Below are positions 29,838 through 43,582 of a stretch of 64,000 bases of DNA, piece by piece. Below the pieces are notes generated by a model. The model did not search any database, was not told where the DNA came from, and saw only the letters and a list, made by a program, of their open reading frames with translations. This DNA comes from Escherichia coli (GTDB taxonomy: Bacteria > Pseudomonadota > Gammaproteobacteria > Enterobacterales > Enterobacteriaceae). The stretch lies in NCBI RefSeq assembly GCF_003334405.1, contig NZ_QOWM01000010.1; one strand, 5' to 3'. Each line of letters begins with the position of its first letter. Positions within the stretch are counted from its first letter, which is position 1. Both the position numbers and the translations under genes were made by a program.

Positions 29838-31685
29838 TCAGATTGACAGCTTCTTGACGCGCTTGCCGCCATATAGCAGGTTTACGATGGCACGCGTACC
29901 GACAATCGCGGTAAACATCGACGTCGCCACACCGATACCGGTAGTAATCGCGAACCCTTTAATTGCCCCGGTACCCACTGCGTACAGGATGATGACTTTA
30001 ATCAGCGTGGTGATGTTCGCATCGAAGATAGAACTGAATGCGCCACGATAACCTTCATCAATTGCCTGTTGAACAGTACGTCCGTTGCTCAACTCTTCTT
30101 TAATACGTTCGTTGATCAGTACGTTCGCATCGACCGCCACCGCAAGGGTTAAGACGATACCCGCGATACCTGGCATACTCAGCGTTGCGCCTGGCAACAG
30201 CGACATAATGCCGACGATTAAGATCAAGTTGGCAATCAGAGCACTGGTCGCAATCAGACCAAACTTCTTATAGAAGATGATCATGAACAGAATAGAAACC
30301 AGCAGACCGGCAAGGCAAGCCTCCAGCCCCTGTTCAATGTTCTGCATACCCAGGGTTGGGCCAATGGTACGTTCTTCAACAATCTGAATCGGCGCGATCA
30401 ACGCACCGGCACGCAGCAGCAGTGACAGCTGACGGGCTTCGTTCGGGTTGTTGATGCCGGTGATACGGAAGCTGTTACCCAGACGAGACTGGATGTTGGC
30501 GATGTTAATCACCTCTTCCTGTTTCACCAGAACCGCACGACCATTTGCATCTTTCTTACCGCTGTCTTTGTACTCCACAAACAGGGTTGCCATCGGTTTG
30601 CCGATGTTGTCCTTAGTGAAGTTAGACATGATGTTACCACCAGCGCTATCGAGCGAGATGTTAACCTGCGGTTGGTTGTATTCGTCCTGGCTGGAAGTGG
30701 AGTCGGTGATATGGTCACCGGTCAGAATTACGCGTTTGTACAGCACAACTGGCTGACCTTCGCGGGTCTGTTTCACTTCAGAGTCGCCCGGTACGCGACC
30801 GGATGCCGCAGCGGCCTGGTCAACGTTGGTGTTTACCAGACGGAATTCCAGCGTTGCCGTCGCACCCAGAATCTCTTTCGCACGCGCAGTGTCCTGAATA
30901 CCTGGCAGTTCAACAACGATACGGTCAGCACCCTGACGCTGAACCACCGGCTCCGCCACGCCAAGTTGGTTTACACGGTTACGCAGGATATTAATGTTCT
31001 GCTGCACCGCATATTCACGCGCTTCACTCAGACGAGCATCGCTCATTACCGCACGCAGCTGGTTGCTGCCCTGGCTGCTAATCACCAGGTCCGGATGGCG
31101 CTTGCTCAGATACGCAATGGCTTCATCACGAGCTTTAGCATCGCGGAAAGTGATGCTCAGGCCGTAGTTGTTTTCTTTACGAACAGTGGTATACGGGATG
31201 CCCTTTTCGCGCAGGTCACTGCGTAGGCTATCGATATTTTGTTCCTGGAGTTTGCCAAGCGCGGTGTCCATATCCACTTCCATCAGGAAGTGAACGCCGC
31301 CACGCAGGTCAAGGCCGAGCTTCATCGGCTCAGCGTGAATAGCTGCCAGCCAGCGCGGCGTTGCCGGGGCAAGGTTAAGCGCCACGACGTATTTGTCACC
31401 CATAACGCCCATTAATGCTTCACGAGCGCGCAACTGGGTGTCAGTGGAGTCGAAGCGCGCAAGAATAGCGCCCTCTTCCAGTGCCACAGACTTAGCAGTT
31501 ATTTTTTCTTCTTGTAACGTTTTCTGGACCTGGATCAGCGTTTGCTCACTGGCGGCGACTCCGCGCGCACCAGTGATCTGAACAGCCGGATCCTCACCAA
31601 ACAGGTTGGGAAGCGCATACAGCAGACCGATGACAATCACCACGATCAGCATGACGTACTTCCACAAAGGATAACGGTTTAACAC
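29838..31685 (-). CDS. secD: protein translocase subunit SecD
   Basis: ORF track 615 aa, recognised as SecD; 10 nt upstream of secF. Confidence 0.97.
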   Translation of the reverse strand: MLNRYPLWKYVMLIVVIVIGLLYALPNLFGEDPAVQITGARGVAASEQTLIQVQKTLQEEKITAKSVALEEGAILARFDSTDTQLRAREALMGVMGDKYVVALNLAPATPRWLAAIHAEPMKLGLDLRGGVHFLMEVDMDTALGKLQEQNIDSLRSDLREKGIPYTTVRKENNYGLSITFRDAKARDEAIAYLSKRHPDLVISSQGSNQLRAVMSDARLSEAREYAVQQNINILRNRVNQLGVAEPVVQRQGADRIVVELPGIQDTARAKEILGATATLEFRLVNTNVDQAAAASGRVPGDSEVKQTREGQPVVLYKRVILTGDHITDSTSSQDEYNQPQVNISLDSAGGNIMSNFTKDNIGKPMATLFVEYKDSGKKDANGRAVLVKQEEVINIANIQSRLGNSFRITGINNPNEARQLSLLLRAGALIAPIQIVEERTIGPTLGMQNIEQGLEACLAGLLVSILFMIIFYKKFGLIATSALIANLILIVGIMSLLPGATLSMPGIAGIVLTLAVAVDANVLINERIKEELSNGRTVQQAIDEGYRGAFSSIFDANITTLIKVIILYAVGTGAIKGFAITTGIGVATSMFTAIVGTRAIVNLLYGGKRVKKLSI

Positions 31686-31712
31686 GGCAATTCCCTTAGG
31701 GAAAAATTTTAA

Positions 31713-32045
31713 TTACAGCGCCTTCATGGTGCCTTTCGGCAGGACGGCAGCTACGAAGTCACGTTTAATAACTACTTCAGTGGTGTCATTCAGCGCGATA
31801 GCAATGTAGCCGTTTTCCGCTACTTTGGTTACGCGACCAACCAGGCCACCGTTCGTCAGAACTTCATCACCTTTGGCAATGGAGTCCATCAGCTTTTTGT
31901 GTTCTTTGGTGCGCTTCTGCTGTGGACGCAGGATCATGAAATAGAAAATCAGACCGAATACCACCAGCATCAAAATCAAAGACATCGGGCTACCTTGCGC
32001 CGGTGCACCCGTTGCCGCTACCGCATCAGAAATAAAAAAGCTCAT
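31713..32045 (-). CDS. yajC: Sec translocon accessory protein YajC (110 aa)
   Basis: ORF track 31713..32075 trimmed to ATG 32045 (MSFFISDAVAATGAPAQGS). Confidence 0.92.
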   Translation of the reverse strand: MSFFISDAVAATGAPAQGSPMSLILMLVVFGLIFYFMILRPQQKRTKEHKKLMDSIAKGDEVLTNGGLVGRVTKVAENGYIAIALNDTTEVVIKRDFVAAVLPKGTMKAL

Positions 32046-32067
32046 TAAATTTCCCTCATTATTAATA

Positions 32068-33210
<1,143 letters not shown>

Positions 33211-33250
33211 TCAGAAAAACAGTCCAACGTTTTAAACCAGCGCCGCGGAA

Positions 33251-34321
33251 TTACTCCCCGACGCGCTCATTAATTGCCTGCGGATTGTACGTGATAAACA
33301 TCGCATCACCGTAACTAAAAAAGCGATATTTCTCTTCTACCGCTGCTTTATAGGCGTTCATGGTGTGTTGATAACCGGCAAAGGCCGAAACCAGCATAAT
33401 CAGCGTCGACTCTGGCAAGTGGAAGTTCGTCACCAGCGCATCGACCACTTTGTACTGGAAGCCCGGATAGATAAAGATTTGGGTATCGTCGAAGAACGGT
33501 TCAATGAGATCGTTTTTCGCTGCCTGAGCCGCGCTTTCCAGCGAACGTACTGAAGTGGTGCCAACCGCAATCACCCGGTTACCGCGCGCTTTCGCCGCCA
33601 GTACCGCGTCTACCACATCCTGCGGTACTTCAGCGTATTCCGAGTGCATGATGTGATCTTCAATGGTGTCGACGCGCACCGGCTGGAAGGTGCCCGCACC
33701 AACGTGCAACGTCACAAACGCCATCTCCACGCCTTTGGCGCGCAATTTTTCCAGCAAAGGCTCGTCAAAATGCAGACCTGCGGTCGGGGCTGCAACCGCG
33801 CCCGGTTTTTCGCTATAAACGGTTTGATAAAGTTCGCGGTCAGCGTCTTCGTCCGGACGGTCGATATACGGCGGCAGCGGCATATGGCCGATGCTGTTGA
33901 GAATATCCAGCACCGAGCGTTCATCATTAAATTCGACTTCAAACAGTGCGCCGTGGCGCGCGGTCATTGTTGCGTTAATACTTTCGTCATCGCCCAGCAG
34001 CAGTTCTGCGCCAGGTTTTGGCGCTTTCGAGGCGCGAATATGCGCAAGAATGCGTTTGTCGTCGAGCATCCGTTCAACCAGCACTTCAATCTTGCCGCCG
34101 CTGGCTTTACGCCCAAACAGGCGCGCCGGGATCACGCGGGTATTATTAAAAACCAGAAGATCGCCGGGGTTGAGCTTATCAAGTAAATCGGTGAAAGTAC
34201 CGTGCGTCAGCGCGCCCGTCGGCCCGTCCAGCGACAGTAAACGACAGCTACTGCGTTCAGGCATGGGATAGTGGGCAATCAGGGATTCGGGCAATTCAAA
34301 GGAGAAATCGGTAACGCGCAT
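33251..34321 (-). CDS. queA: S-adenosylmethionine:tRNA ribosyltransferase-isomerase
   Basis: ORF track 356 aa, recognised as QueA. Confidence 0.97.
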
Positions 34322-34413
34322 GACACTGACTCAGACTAAAATAAGAGGCGGGTAGTCTAGTGCCGGGGCGCTCTCCCTGCAACCTTTACCCCCTTTTGGA
34401 TAGAATATAATCG

Positions 34414-34995
34414 ATGAATTTTTTAGCTCACCTGCATTTAGCCCATCTCGCGGAAAGCTCGCTTTCCGGCAATTTACTGGCTGATTTCGTACGCGGAAAT
34501 CCTGAAGAAAGTTTTCCGCCCGACGTCGTGGCTGGCATTCATATGCATCGACGTATCGACGTATTGACTGACAATCTGCCGGAAGTCCGCGAAGCACGGG
34601 AGTGGTTTCGTAGTGAAACGCGCCGCGTTGCGCCTATTACGCTGGATGTCATGTGGGATCACTTTCTTTCCCGCCACTGGTCGCAGCTGTCGCCGGACTT
34701 TCCGCTACAGGAATTTGTCTGTTATGCCCGCGAGCAAGTGATGACGATTTTGCCGGACTCACCGCCACGTTTTATCAATCTGAACAATTACTTGTGGTCA
34801 GAGCAGTGGCTGGTGCGCTATCGCGATATGGATTTCATCCAGAACGTGTTAAACGGCATGGCAAGCCGCCGCCCACGTCTGGATGCCCTGCGTGACTCCT
34901 GGTACGATTTAGACGCTCATTATGACGCCCTCGAAACCCGCTTCTGGCAGTTTTATCCGCGGATGATGGCGCAGGCGTCACGCAAGGCGTTATAA
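34414..34995 (+). CDS. acpH: acyl carrier protein phosphodiesterase
   Basis: ORF track 193 aa ([16 protein letters not shown]), recognised as AcpH/YajB. Confidence 0.93.
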   Translation: MNFLAHLHLAHLAESSLSGNLLADFVRGNPEESFPPDVVAGIHMHRRIDVLTDNLPEVREAREWFRSETRRVAPITLDVMWDHFLSRHWSQLSPDFPLQEFVCYAREQVMTILPDSPPRFINLNNYLWSEQWLVRYRDMDFIQNVLNGMASRRPRLDALRDSWYDLDAHYDALETRFWQFYPRMMAQASRKAL

Positions 34996-34999
34996 AACG

Positions 35000-36814
35000 T
35001 TAGTTCATCCATACCGTAGCCGAAATGGCAGGCAAAGCCAGAATCCCGTCAGTCAGTTGCCCATGCCCTTCTTTGCATTGCCATTGCACGGCATTGAGAA
35101 ACGGTGACGCGGGAAGCACCACTTCACAGGCCTCGCCACGGTTGATTGCCACCAGTACACGTTGCTGATTCAGCACGCGGACAAATACCACCACGTTATC
35201 TTCCGCATACAGCACCTGACAGCCGCCATGACGTAGCGCCTGACTTTTCTTACGCAGCGCAATCATTCGCTGGTACAGCGCGAATAACGCCGTATCCTGC
35301 TTTTCCACCTGCCAGGGGAACGGTTTACGGCAAAACGGATCGTTTTTGCCATCCAGTCCTACTTCATCACCGTAATAAATGCACGGTACACCAGGCCAGG
35401 TGAACAGCCAGACCACCGCCAGCGGCAGGCGCGCAATATCCCGACCGAGCAGCGTTTTAAATCGCGCAGTATCGTGGCTGTCGAGCTGATTAAACATACG
35501 TAATTGTTGTTGATGAGAAAGCCCTGCGCGGTAATTATCCATCCAGGCCATACAGGTTTGGGCATCAATTTGCTGCGGATCGTAAGAGATATCGGTATTG
35601 GCAAGAAATCCCCACAACGGGAATGTGAAGCCACGATAGTTCATGGCGGCATCTTCCACATCGGCCTGTAACCATTGCCGTGCATCGCCAAAATGTTCGC
35701 CGACAATATACGCTTCCGGCTGGGTTTCTTTCGCCGCTTCGGTGATCCCGGCAACGTGCTGCATATTATTGCGCGCCCCACCCGCCTCCCCCAGCATATG
35801 CACCACATCCAGCCGCCAGCCGTCCATATTCCACGGCGCTTTCAGCCAGTGGCGGACAATACTGTCTTCCCCGCGATAAATTTCATTCACCAGACTTTCC
35901 GACTGATAATCCAGCTTCGGCAAGCTGGCATAGCCAAGCCAGTCGAGCGCCGTGCCATCATCACTAAACGAGTACCAGTCGCGCCAGGGCGATTCGGGGT
36001 TGTGACAAGCACCACCCGTGCCACGATTATGCCTGTCAAACCAGGCATGGGAATCGCCACTGTGGTTAAACACGCCGTCCAGCACCAGCCGCATTCCCAG
36101 CTGCTGCGTATTGTGTCGCAAACGCAGCAACGCCCCATCACCGCCAAACTGCGGATCGACATGGCGATAATCCTCGGTATCGTATTTATGTACGCTGGGA
36201 GCTTTAAACACCGGATTGAGATACAGCGCTGTCACGCCAAGCTTTTTCAGATACGGCAGTTTTTCGCTTATCCCGTCCAGATCGCCGCCATAGAACGTTG
36301 ATCCGCCCGCCTGCGCCGTGACCGGTTCATCCCAGTCACGCAAGATGATCTCTTGTCCGGCTGCATGATGGTAATAGACATGATCCTGTTCAGCTTCACG
36401 AGGAAGACTACGCGCAAAACGATCAGGGAAGATCTGATAAAAAATCTGATCCGCAGCCCATTGTGGGCCGATATCCGGTACATCGACGGCAAACTGCTCC
36501 AGTCGTGCCGGCGGCATTCGGCTGAAGCCCTGCGGTGTAAACCAACGCTGGCGATCGTGCCACAGCAGTTTGAAACTGTAACGCCGCCGGGGTTGTCCGC
36601 TGGAGAGATCAATCGCCGCACGCCATGCGGTGACGCCAGGCTGCGGCTGACTGCGCTGCTTATGCATCGGTACTGACATTTCTTCGTTATCGTGTTCTGT
36701 ACGCAGCATAATGCGCTGCGGTGGGTCTTCGCCCGTCAGCCACAGTGTAATGAGCAGTTGATCTTTGCTTTGTTTAACAAATGGGGGCACCGGCAGGTGC
36801 CATGCATTTAACAT
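35000..36814 (-). CDS. malZ: maltodextrin glucosidase (604 aa)
   Basis: ORF track 35000..36817 begins MMLNAW; second ATG (36814) gives the 604-aa product I recall, first ATG is equally possible. GH13 alpha-amylase family. Confidence 0.93.
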
Positions 36815-36972
36815 CATAATTCCCCTGTGATGAAAATCTGATCACCTTGCCATAGCCTAATGCAGGATCACTCATCATCTGAAGGATATTTGGGGGAGGA
36901 GGACGGGGGCGGATAACTTTCGGAATAGCCGGATCAGGATTTCCTCCTGAACCGGCTTACAGAACGCAAGGA

Positions 36973-38346
36973 TTACTGGTTTTCAGCCAGCTGACGATCG
37001 TGGCGGCGTTTAAACATCCAGCCAATCAACAGCACAACAATCCACGCGAAACCGACATACAGCGAGATACGCGTATCCGGGTGATAACCAATCAACCCGA
37101 TAATAAAGAGCAGGAAAATCAGCCCGCCGATGGTCGTTGCTACCCCACCCGGCACTTTAAATTTCAGCGCCTTAACTTCTTCTGGCGGCAAACGGCGACG
37201 GAAGGCAATTTGCGACAGCAGGATCATAATCCACACCCACACCGTGGCGAAGGTTGCCAGCGAAGCGATCACCAGGAAGACGTTTTCCGGCATGATGTAG
37301 TTCAGATACACCGCAAACAGCAGCGCGGTAGTCATCACCAGCACCGTAACCCACGGAATACCGCGACGCGACGTTTTGCTGAAAATTTTCGGCGCGCTGC
37401 CCTGCTCTGCCATACCGTGGAGCATACGGCCTACGCCAAATACATCACTGTTAATTGCCGACAGCGAAGCAGTCAGCACAACAAAGTTAAGAATGCTGGC
37501 GGCAAAGGTAATGCCCATATGCTGGAACGTCAGCACGAACGGGCTACCGGCAGTGCCAACCTGATTCCACGGGTAGATAGACATAATGACGAACAGCGTA
37601 CCGACGTAGAACACCAGAATACGCATCGGCACGGAGTTAATCGCACGCGGTATCGATTTCTCAGGATCTTTCGCTTCACCGGCGGTAATCCCGATAATTT
37701 CGATCCCACCGTAAGCAAACATCACCATTTGCAACGACATTACCATGCCAAGCCAGCCGTTACTGAAGAAGCCGCCGTTGCTCCACAGGTTATGAATACC
37801 GGTCGGTTGCCCGCCGTTGCCAATCCCCCAGATGATGATGCCGAAACCGGCGACAATCATGATGATGATGGTGGCGACTTTAAAGAACGAGAACCAGAAT
37901 TCCAGCTCACCGAATACCTTCACGCTCATCAGGTTTACGGCGCAAATGATCAGCACCACGCTCAGTACCCAAATCCAGTGCGGCACCGTCGGGAACCAGA
38001 CACCCATATAGATACCAAAAGCGGTCACATCGGCGATGGCGACAATAAGGATTTCAAAGCAGTAGGTCCAGCCGGTAATGTAACCTGCCAGCGGGCCGAG
38101 GTTTTCCTGCGCATAACGCGAGAAAGAGCTGGCGGCCGGGTTATGTACCGACATTTCCCCCAGCGCACGCATAATGATATACGCCGCGATACCACCGATA
38201 ATATAGGCCAACAACACGCTCGGACCGGCCATTTTGATGGCGTCTGCCGAACCGTAAAACAGCCCGGTGCCAATTGCTGAACCCAGTGCCATAAAGCGTA
38301 TGTGGCGGGTACTTAGCCCACGCTTTAGCTTGTTCTTACTTTCCAT
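36973..38346 (-). CDS. proY: proline-specific permease ProY (457 aa)
   Basis: ORF track 36973..38349 begins MMESKN; start placed at the second ATG ([22 protein letters not shown]). APC-family amino acid permease. Confidence 0.93.
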   Translation of the reverse strand: MESKNKLKRGLSTRHIRFMALGSAIGTGLFYGSADAIKMAGPSVLLAYIIGGIAAYIIMRALGEMSVHNPAASSFSRYAQENLGPLAGYITGWTYCFEILIVAIADVTAFGIYMGVWFPTVPHWIWVLSVVLIICAVNLMSVKVFGELEFWFSFFKVATIIIMIVAGFGIIIWGIGNGGQPTGIHNLWSNGGFFSNGWLGMVMSLQMVMFAYGGIEIIGITAGEAKDPEKSIPRAINSVPMRILVFYVGTLFVIMSIYPWNQVGTAGSPFVLTFQHMGITFAASILNFVVLTASLSAINSDVFGVGRMLHGMAEQGSAPKIFSKTSRRGIPWVTVLVMTTALLFAVYLNYIMPENVFLVIASLATFATVWVWIMILLSQIAFRRRLPPEEVKALKFKVPGGVATTIGGLIFLLFIIGLIGYHPDTRISLYVGFAWIVVLLIGWMFKRRHDRQLAENQ

Positions 38347-38367
38347 CAATTCCTAACCCATCAACAC

Positions 38368-38402
38368 AATAAAAAACCACGGGGCATCGCAGCCCCGTGG
38401 TT
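38368..38402 (-). terminator. intrinsic terminator after brnQ
   Basis: CCACGGGGC-loop-GCCCCGTGG hairpin followed by T7 on the minus strand, immediately upstream of the proY start. Confidence 0.65.
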
Positions 38403-38421
38403 AAAACAAATGTTCAGTGAT

Positions 38422-39741
38422 TTAGTGAGCGCTGGAGGTCACCTGACGACCTGCCGCGCGATCCCAGATAATGGCCAGAACCACCATCACCACTGTTGGC
38501 ATTAACCACGCCAGACCTTGTTCGGCCAGCGGTAAACGCTGCGCCCAGGACGGTAAGATATCGCTGAATGCAGATGCTTTGATCCCGTCGAGAATACCAA
38601 AAAGCAGGCTGATAAACATCGGCGGAGCAATCACGCGGGACGAATTATGCCACCATGAGCGTGTAAAACTTAATACAACCAGTGCGATACACGGCGGATA
38701 AATAGCGGTCAGCACCGGTACGGAGATCTGGATCAGCTGGCTTAAGCCGAGGTTAGAAACCACCATCGAGAAGCCGCCGAGGATAAACACCAGCGTACGA
38801 TAAGAGAGCGGTACGTACTGGGCAAAGAATTCTGCACAAGCACAGGTCAGGCCAACTGCCGTTACCAGGCAGGCGATGAAGATTAACGCCGCCAGCAGGA
38901 AGCTACCGCCGCCGCCAAAGGTGTGCTGAACGTAAGCATGCAGAATAGCAGCGCCGTTTGCAGACTGATCGACCAGCGACGCGCTGTCTGACCCCAGACG
39001 GAACAGCGCCAGGTACAGCAGAGTCAGACCAACACCCGCCATCAGGCCAGCCCAGACGGTATAACGGGTCAGCAGACGCGCTTCGGTAACGCCACGAGAA
39101 CGCGCCGCGTTAACAATAACGATACCAAACACCATTGCGCCCAGCGTATCCATGGTCAGATAGCCGTTAACGAAGCCGTTAGAAAACGCAGCGTTTTGAT
39201 AAGCCTCAGTCGCCGTGCTGATAGAACCCGCCGGCCAGACAATAGCGGCAACAGACAGGATGACCAGCGCGATAATTTTCAGCGGCGCAAGGAAGTTGCC
39301 CACGGTATCCAGCAGCTTGCCCGGATAGAGCGAAACCAGAATAACGATAGCGAAATAGACCAGGCTGTAGATAAACAGCGGCAGCGCGGAATCACCCGTC
39401 AGCGGCGCAATCCCCACTTCAAAGGAAACGGTAGCTGTACGCGGCGTAGCGAAAAGCGGCCCCACCGCCAGGTAACAAACCGTTGCCAGCAGTACGCCAG
39501 CGACTTTACCGATTGGCGTGCTGAGGCTGTCAACACCGCCGCCAACTTTTGCCAGCGCCACTACCGTTAATACCGGCAGGCCAACGGCAGTAATGAGGAA
39601 GCCGAATGCCGCAGTCCAGACGTGTTCGCCTGCCTGTAAGCCGACCATTGGAGGGAAAATAATGTTACCTGCGCCGACGAACAACGCAAATGTCATAAAG
39701 CCCAGAGCGATGATATCGCGCGATCTTAATTGATGGGTCAT
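38422..39741 (-). CDS. brnQ: branched-chain amino acid transporter BrnQ
   Basis: ORF track 439 aa, recognised as BrnQ (LIVCS family). Confidence 0.96.
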   Translation of the reverse strand: MTHQLRSRDIIALGFMTFALFVGAGNIIFPPMVGLQAGEHVWTAAFGFLITAVGLPVLTVVALAKVGGGVDSLSTPIGKVAGVLLATVCYLAVGPLFATPRTATVSFEVGIAPLTGDSALPLFIYSLVYFAIVILVSLYPGKLLDTVGNFLAPLKIIALVILSVAAIVWPAGSISTATEAYQNAAFSNGFVNGYLTMDTLGAMVFGIVIVNAARSRGVTEARLLTRYTVWAGLMAGVGLTLLYLALFRLGSDSASLVDQSANGAAILHAYVQHTFGGGGSFLLAALIFIACLVTAVGLTCACAEFFAQYVPLSYRTLVFILGGFSMVVSNLGLSQLIQISVPVLTAIYPPCIALVVLSFTRSWWHNSSRVIAPPMFISLLFGILDGIKASAFSDILPSWAQRLPLAEQGLAWLMPTVVMVVLAIIWDRAAGRQVTSSAH

Positions 39742-40083
39742 AAATCATACTGCCTGTGGATGTGGTGTTGTAACGTTAAATTTTTGTGCCAATCCCTGGG
39801 GATGATACAGCGGTATATTTAAACAATTTTAGCGGGAAATACTCCCAACCAGGCGCGGCGAAGAATAGTTTTTCGATTTACCGCGTTAATGCAGTCAGTA
39901 TGACAGCACCTGAAGCGCAATTTAAACGCTTATAACGTTTTAAAGCAAGGAGGGATCTAAAAACCAGAGGTATATAGCGATAAGAAATCACCAACCAGTA
40001 TAAAACACTATTTCCGTGAAAAAGACATGGCTAATCATGCGAACAAAAAATCACCAACCGTTGTAAAATCTAACGCCCGTATT

Positions 40084-40117
40084 TTGACTGCAAAGAAAAT
40101 AAGCCAGCATCGACTGG
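40084..40117 (-). terminator. intrinsic terminator after phoR
   Basis: AAGCCAG-CATCGA-CTGGCTT hairpin followed by ATTTTCTTTGC on the minus strand. Confidence 0.55.
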
Positions 40118-40147
40118 CTTATGGCAATAAAAGATGACAAAGGCGGA

Positions 40148-41443
40148 TTAATCGCTGTTTTTGGCAATTAAACGTTCCGGGATAACAAAACTGAAACGTG
40201 TTCCTTTTCCTACTGTACTCTCAATATTCAGGCGACTTTCGTGATGATTCACAGCATGTTTCACGATCGCTAACCCTAATCCGCTACCGCCGGTTTGCCG
40301 GGAACGCGCTTTATCAACGCGATAAAAACGCTCGGTCAGGCGCGGAATATGCTCCGGTGCAATGCCCGGTCCGTTATCTTCAACGCTAAATTCGGCACCG
40401 TGCGGCACTCGCTGCCAGCGTACGGTGATATGCGTGCCTTCCGGCGTATGATTCACGGCGTTATAGACCAGGTTCGAAATCGCACTGCGTAGCTGATCTT
40501 CGTTGCCAGACACCTTGAGGCCGTTATCTATCTCAAAGGTAAATGTCTGTTTTTTCTGACTCAGAGTCTGAGCCTCGCGCTCAACAACGCGCAGCATCAT
40601 CGGCACATCAACCTTTTCATTGAGCAAATGCGTCGGTGCGGCTTCTATTTTCGACAGCGTCAGCAATTGCTTCACCAGTCCTTCCATCCGCTGGGTCTGC
40701 TCGCGCATGGTGTGCAACGCTTTTTCGCGTACCGCGCCTTCCAGCGGCTGCTCATTCATCATCTCCAGGTAACCCTGTAACACGGTCAATGGCGTACGTA
40801 ACTCATGGCTCACGTTGGCAAAAAAGTTACGCCGCGCCCCTTCCAGTTGATGCATTTGCGTGACATCACGCGCCACCATCAGCAACTGTTTGTGGGTATA
40901 AGGCATGACGCGAATTTCCAGATGCCGCCCGGTGTTGAGCACCAGATTGAGCGGGCGAGAAAAATCACGCGTTTTCAGATATTGCGTAAACTCCGGGTAA
41001 CGCAGTAGGTTAAGGATGTTCTGCCCGTTATCTTCCGGCCAGCGCAAACCAAGAATTTGTTGCGCCAGACCGTTACACCAGAAAATACCGCCCTCTTCCG
41101 TGGTCAGCACCACCGCGTCGGGCAGCGACTCCGCGCCGCTACGAAAGCGTTTAATCAGATTGCCCAGTTCACGGCGGCGTTTTTTATTTCGCAGCTGCAT
41201 CTGGTGTAAGCCGTATAGTAGCGGTTCCCAGCTACCACGCCCCGGTGGCGGGGTCATACTGCGATCCACCCACAGCCACCATGAAAGGCGCAATAAATTC
41301 CAGAAATGCCAGATAAGCAGTCCTGTTACCGATGCCAGCAAAAACCAGGGCAGGTAACCAAAAAATGCACCCAGGATGAAAGCCGGGAGGCAGCAAAGTA
41401 GCAGCTCCAGCACCAGCCTTTTCCACGACAGCCGTTCCAGCAC
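40148..41443 (-). CDS. phoR: phosphate regulon sensor histidine kinase PhoR
   Basis: ORF track 431 aa; H-box [12 protein letters not shown], HATPase C-terminus. Confidence 0.97.
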   Translation of the reverse strand: MLERLSWKRLVLELLLCCLPAFILGAFFGYLPWFLLASVTGLLIWHFWNLLRLSWWLWVDRSMTPPPGRGSWEPLLYGLHQMQLRNKKRRRELGNLIKRFRSGAESLPDAVVLTTEEGGIFWCNGLAQQILGLRWPEDNGQNILNLLRYPEFTQYLKTRDFSRPLNLVLNTGRHLEIRVMPYTHKQLLMVARDVTQMHQLEGARRNFFANVSHELRTPLTVLQGYLEMMNEQPLEGAVREKALHTMREQTQRMEGLVKQLLTLSKIEAAPTHLLNEKVDVPMMLRVVEREAQTLSQKKQTFTFEIDNGLKVSGNEDQLRSAISNLVYNAVNHTPEGTHITVRWQRVPHGAEFSVEDNGPGIAPEHIPRLTERFYRVDKARSRQTGGSGLGLAIVKHAVNHHESRLNIESTVGKGTRFSFVIPERLIAKNSD

Positions 41444-41500
41444 GTAAGATACTCCAGTTAAGAAATCATAAGCCCTGCTCTGCGTCCGATGAGCAAGGCG

Positions 41501-42190
41501 TTAAAAGCGGGTTGAAAAACGATATCCTGTACCGCGCACGGTCTGCACCATGCGGTCATGCCCGCCGGGCTCCAGTGCTTTACGCAGGCGACGAATGTGG
41601 ACATCGACCGTGCGGTCTTCCACATACACGTTAGTTCCCCAGACGTGGTTTAACAGCTGCTCGCGGCTGTACACGCGCTCAGGATGCGTCATAAAAAAGT
41701 GCAGCAGTTTAAATTCTGTCGGCCCCATCTCCAGCGGCTCTTCGCCCGCCATCACTCGGTGAGATGTCGGGTCGAGACTTAATCCCTGCATCTCAATCAC
41801 CTCTTCCACCGCCATTGGCGAAATACGGCGCATTACCGCTTTGATTCGCGCCACCAGCTCCTTCGGCGAAAACGGCTTGGTGATATAGTCATCCGCGCCG
41901 GTTTCAAGGCCGCGCACGCGATCTTCTTCTTCCCCTCTGGCGGTCAACATCACCACTGGAATATCCCGGGTCATCGACTCGCGCTTGAGGTGTTTGATGA
42001 ACTGGATACCGGAGCCGCCAGGTAACATCCAGTCAAGGAGAATTAAATCCGGCCAGGGTTCATTCAGTTGATTCACAGCACTGTCATAATCTTCCGCTTC
42101 GACCGGCTGAAAGCCATTTTGTTCGAGCACGAAGCAGACCATTTCGCGAATTGGAGCTTCATCTTCTACGACCAGAATACGTCTCGCCAT
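41501..42190 (-). CDS. phoB: phosphate regulon response regulator PhoB
   Basis: ORF track 229 aa ([17 protein letters not shown]), OmpR-family winged helix. Confidence 0.97.
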
Positions 42191-42244
42191 GATTTGCCCT
42201 GTTGTAATAAATAGGTTGCGATCATTAATGCGACGTCATTATGC

Positions 42245-42272
42245 GTCAGATTTATGACAGATTTATGAAAAG
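42245..42272 (-). promoter_or_regulatory. Pho box (PhoB binding site) of the phoB promoter
   Basis: Minus strand reads TTTTCATAAATCTGTCATAAATCTGA, two CTGTCAT-type repeats 11 bp apart, about 55 nt upstream of the phoB ATG. Confidence 0.7.
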
Positions 42273-42379
42273 CTCGTCGCACATATCTTCAGGTTATTGA
42301 TTTCCGTGGCGCAGAAAAAAGCAAATGGCACATCTGTTTGGGTATAATCGCGCCCATGCTTTTTCGCCAGGGAACCGTT

Positions 42380-43582
42380 ATGCGCATCCTTCACACCTCA
42401 GACTGGCATCTCGGCCAGAACTTCTACAGTAAAAGCCGCGAAGCTGAACATCAGGCTTTTCTTGACTGGCTGCTGGAGACAGCACAAACCCATCAGGTGG
42501 ATGCGATTATTGTTGCCGGTGATGTTTTCGATACCGGCTCGCCGCCCAGTTACGCCCGCACGTTATACAACCGTTTTGTTGTCAATTTACAGCAAACTGG
42601 CTGTCATCTGGTGGTACTGGCAGGAAACCATGACTCGGTCGCCACGCTGAATGAATCGCGCGATATCATGGCGTTCCTCAATACTACCGTGGTCGCCAGC
42701 GCCGGACATGCGCCGCAAATCTTGCCTCGTCGCGACGGGACGCCAGGCGCAGTGCTGTGCCCCATTCCGTTTTTACGTCCGCGTGACATTATTACCAGCC
42801 AGGCGGGGCTTAACGGTATTGAAAAACAGCAGCATTTACTGGCAGCGATTACCGATTATTACCAACAACACTATGCCGATGCCTGCAAACTGCGCGGCGA
42901 TCAGCCTCTGCCCATCATCGCCACGGGACATTTAACGACCGTGGGGGCCAGTAAAAGTGACGCCGTGCGTGACATTTATATTGGCACGCTGGACGCGTTT
43001 CCGGCACAAAACTTTCCACCAGCCGACTACATCGCGCTCGGGCATATTCACCGCGCACAGATTATTGGCGGCATGGAACATGTTCGCTATTGCGGCTCCC
43101 CCATTCCACTGAGTTTTGATGAATGCGGTAAGAGTAAATATGTCCATCTGGTGACATTTTCAAACGGCAAATTAGAGAGCGTGGAAAACCTGAACGTACC
43201 GGTAACGCAACCCATGGCAGTGCTGAAAGGCGATCTGGCGTCGATTACCGCACAGCTGGAACAGTGGCGCGATGTATCGCAGGAGCCACCTGTCTGGCTG
43301 GATATCGAAATCACTACTGATGAGTATCTGCATGATATTCAGCGCAAAATCCAGGCATTAACCGAATCATTGCCTGTCGAAGTATTGCTGGTACGTCGGA
43401 GTCGTGAACAGCGCGAGCGTGTGTTAGCCAGCCAACAGCGTGAAACCCTCAGCGAACTCAGCGTCGAAGAGGTGTTCAATCGCCGTCTGGCACTGGAAGA
43501 ACTGGATGAATCGCAGCAGCAACGTCTGCAGCATCTTTTCACCACGACGTTGCATACCCTCGCCGGAGAACACGAAGCATGA
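42380..43582 (+). CDS. sbcD: exonuclease SbcD (Mre11-family nuclease, 400 aa)
   Basis: ORF track 42338..43582 trimmed to ATG 42380 ([15 protein letters not shown]); phosphoesterase motifs DWHLG, GDVFD, GNHD. Confidence 0.93.
   Translation: MRILHTSDWHLGQNFYSKSREAEHQAFLDWLLETAQTHQVDAIIVAGDVFDTGSPPSYARTLYNRFVVNLQQTGCHLVVLAGNHDSVATLNESRDIMAFLNTTVVASAGHAPQILPRRDGTPGAVLCPIPFLRPRDIITSQAGLNGIEKQQHLLAAITDYYQQHYADACKLRGDQPLPIIATGHLTTVGASKSDAVRDIYIGTLDAFPAQNFPPADYIALGHIHRAQIIGGMEHVRYCGSPIPLSFDECGKSKYVHLVTFSNGKLESVENLNVPVTQPMAVLKGDLASITAQLEQWRDVSQEPPVWLDIEITTDEYLHDIQRKIQALTESLPVEVLLVRRSREQRERVLASQQRETLSELSVEEVFNRRLALEELDESQQQRLQHLFTTTLHTLAGEHEA

Noticed and set aside
35675-36301. 208-aa plus-strand ORF inside malZ, and other antisense or embedded ORFs of 60-250 aa throughout the track (e.g. 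86..388, 5195..5794, 53595..54350, 30672..31226)
   Set aside because: All lie antisense to or out of frame within genes with confident identifications and show skewed composition; treated as non-coding.
36886-36905. GGGGGAGGAGGACGGGGG upstream of malZ as MalT boxes
   Set aside because: Resembles the MalT box (GGGGA[T/G]GAGG) but does not match it exactly, and I cannot place it relative to a mapped promoter from sequence alone; too uncertain to call as a feature.
37000-38280. 426-aa plus-strand ORF opposite proY
   Set aside because: Antisense to the ProY permease; extremely His/Arg/Asp-rich, implausible as a protein.
42338-42379. N-terminal extensions in the ORF track (sbcD 42338, araJ 46767, yajR 12474, tsx 27277, yajO 21131, mak 49326, yaiI 53688, proC 53580, phoA 57654, yajG 5012, bolA 4899, ribE 24787 and others)
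   Set aside because: The track reports the longest ORF; the internal start reproduces the known N-terminus and product length in each case and usually has a better SD, so the extensions are not called.
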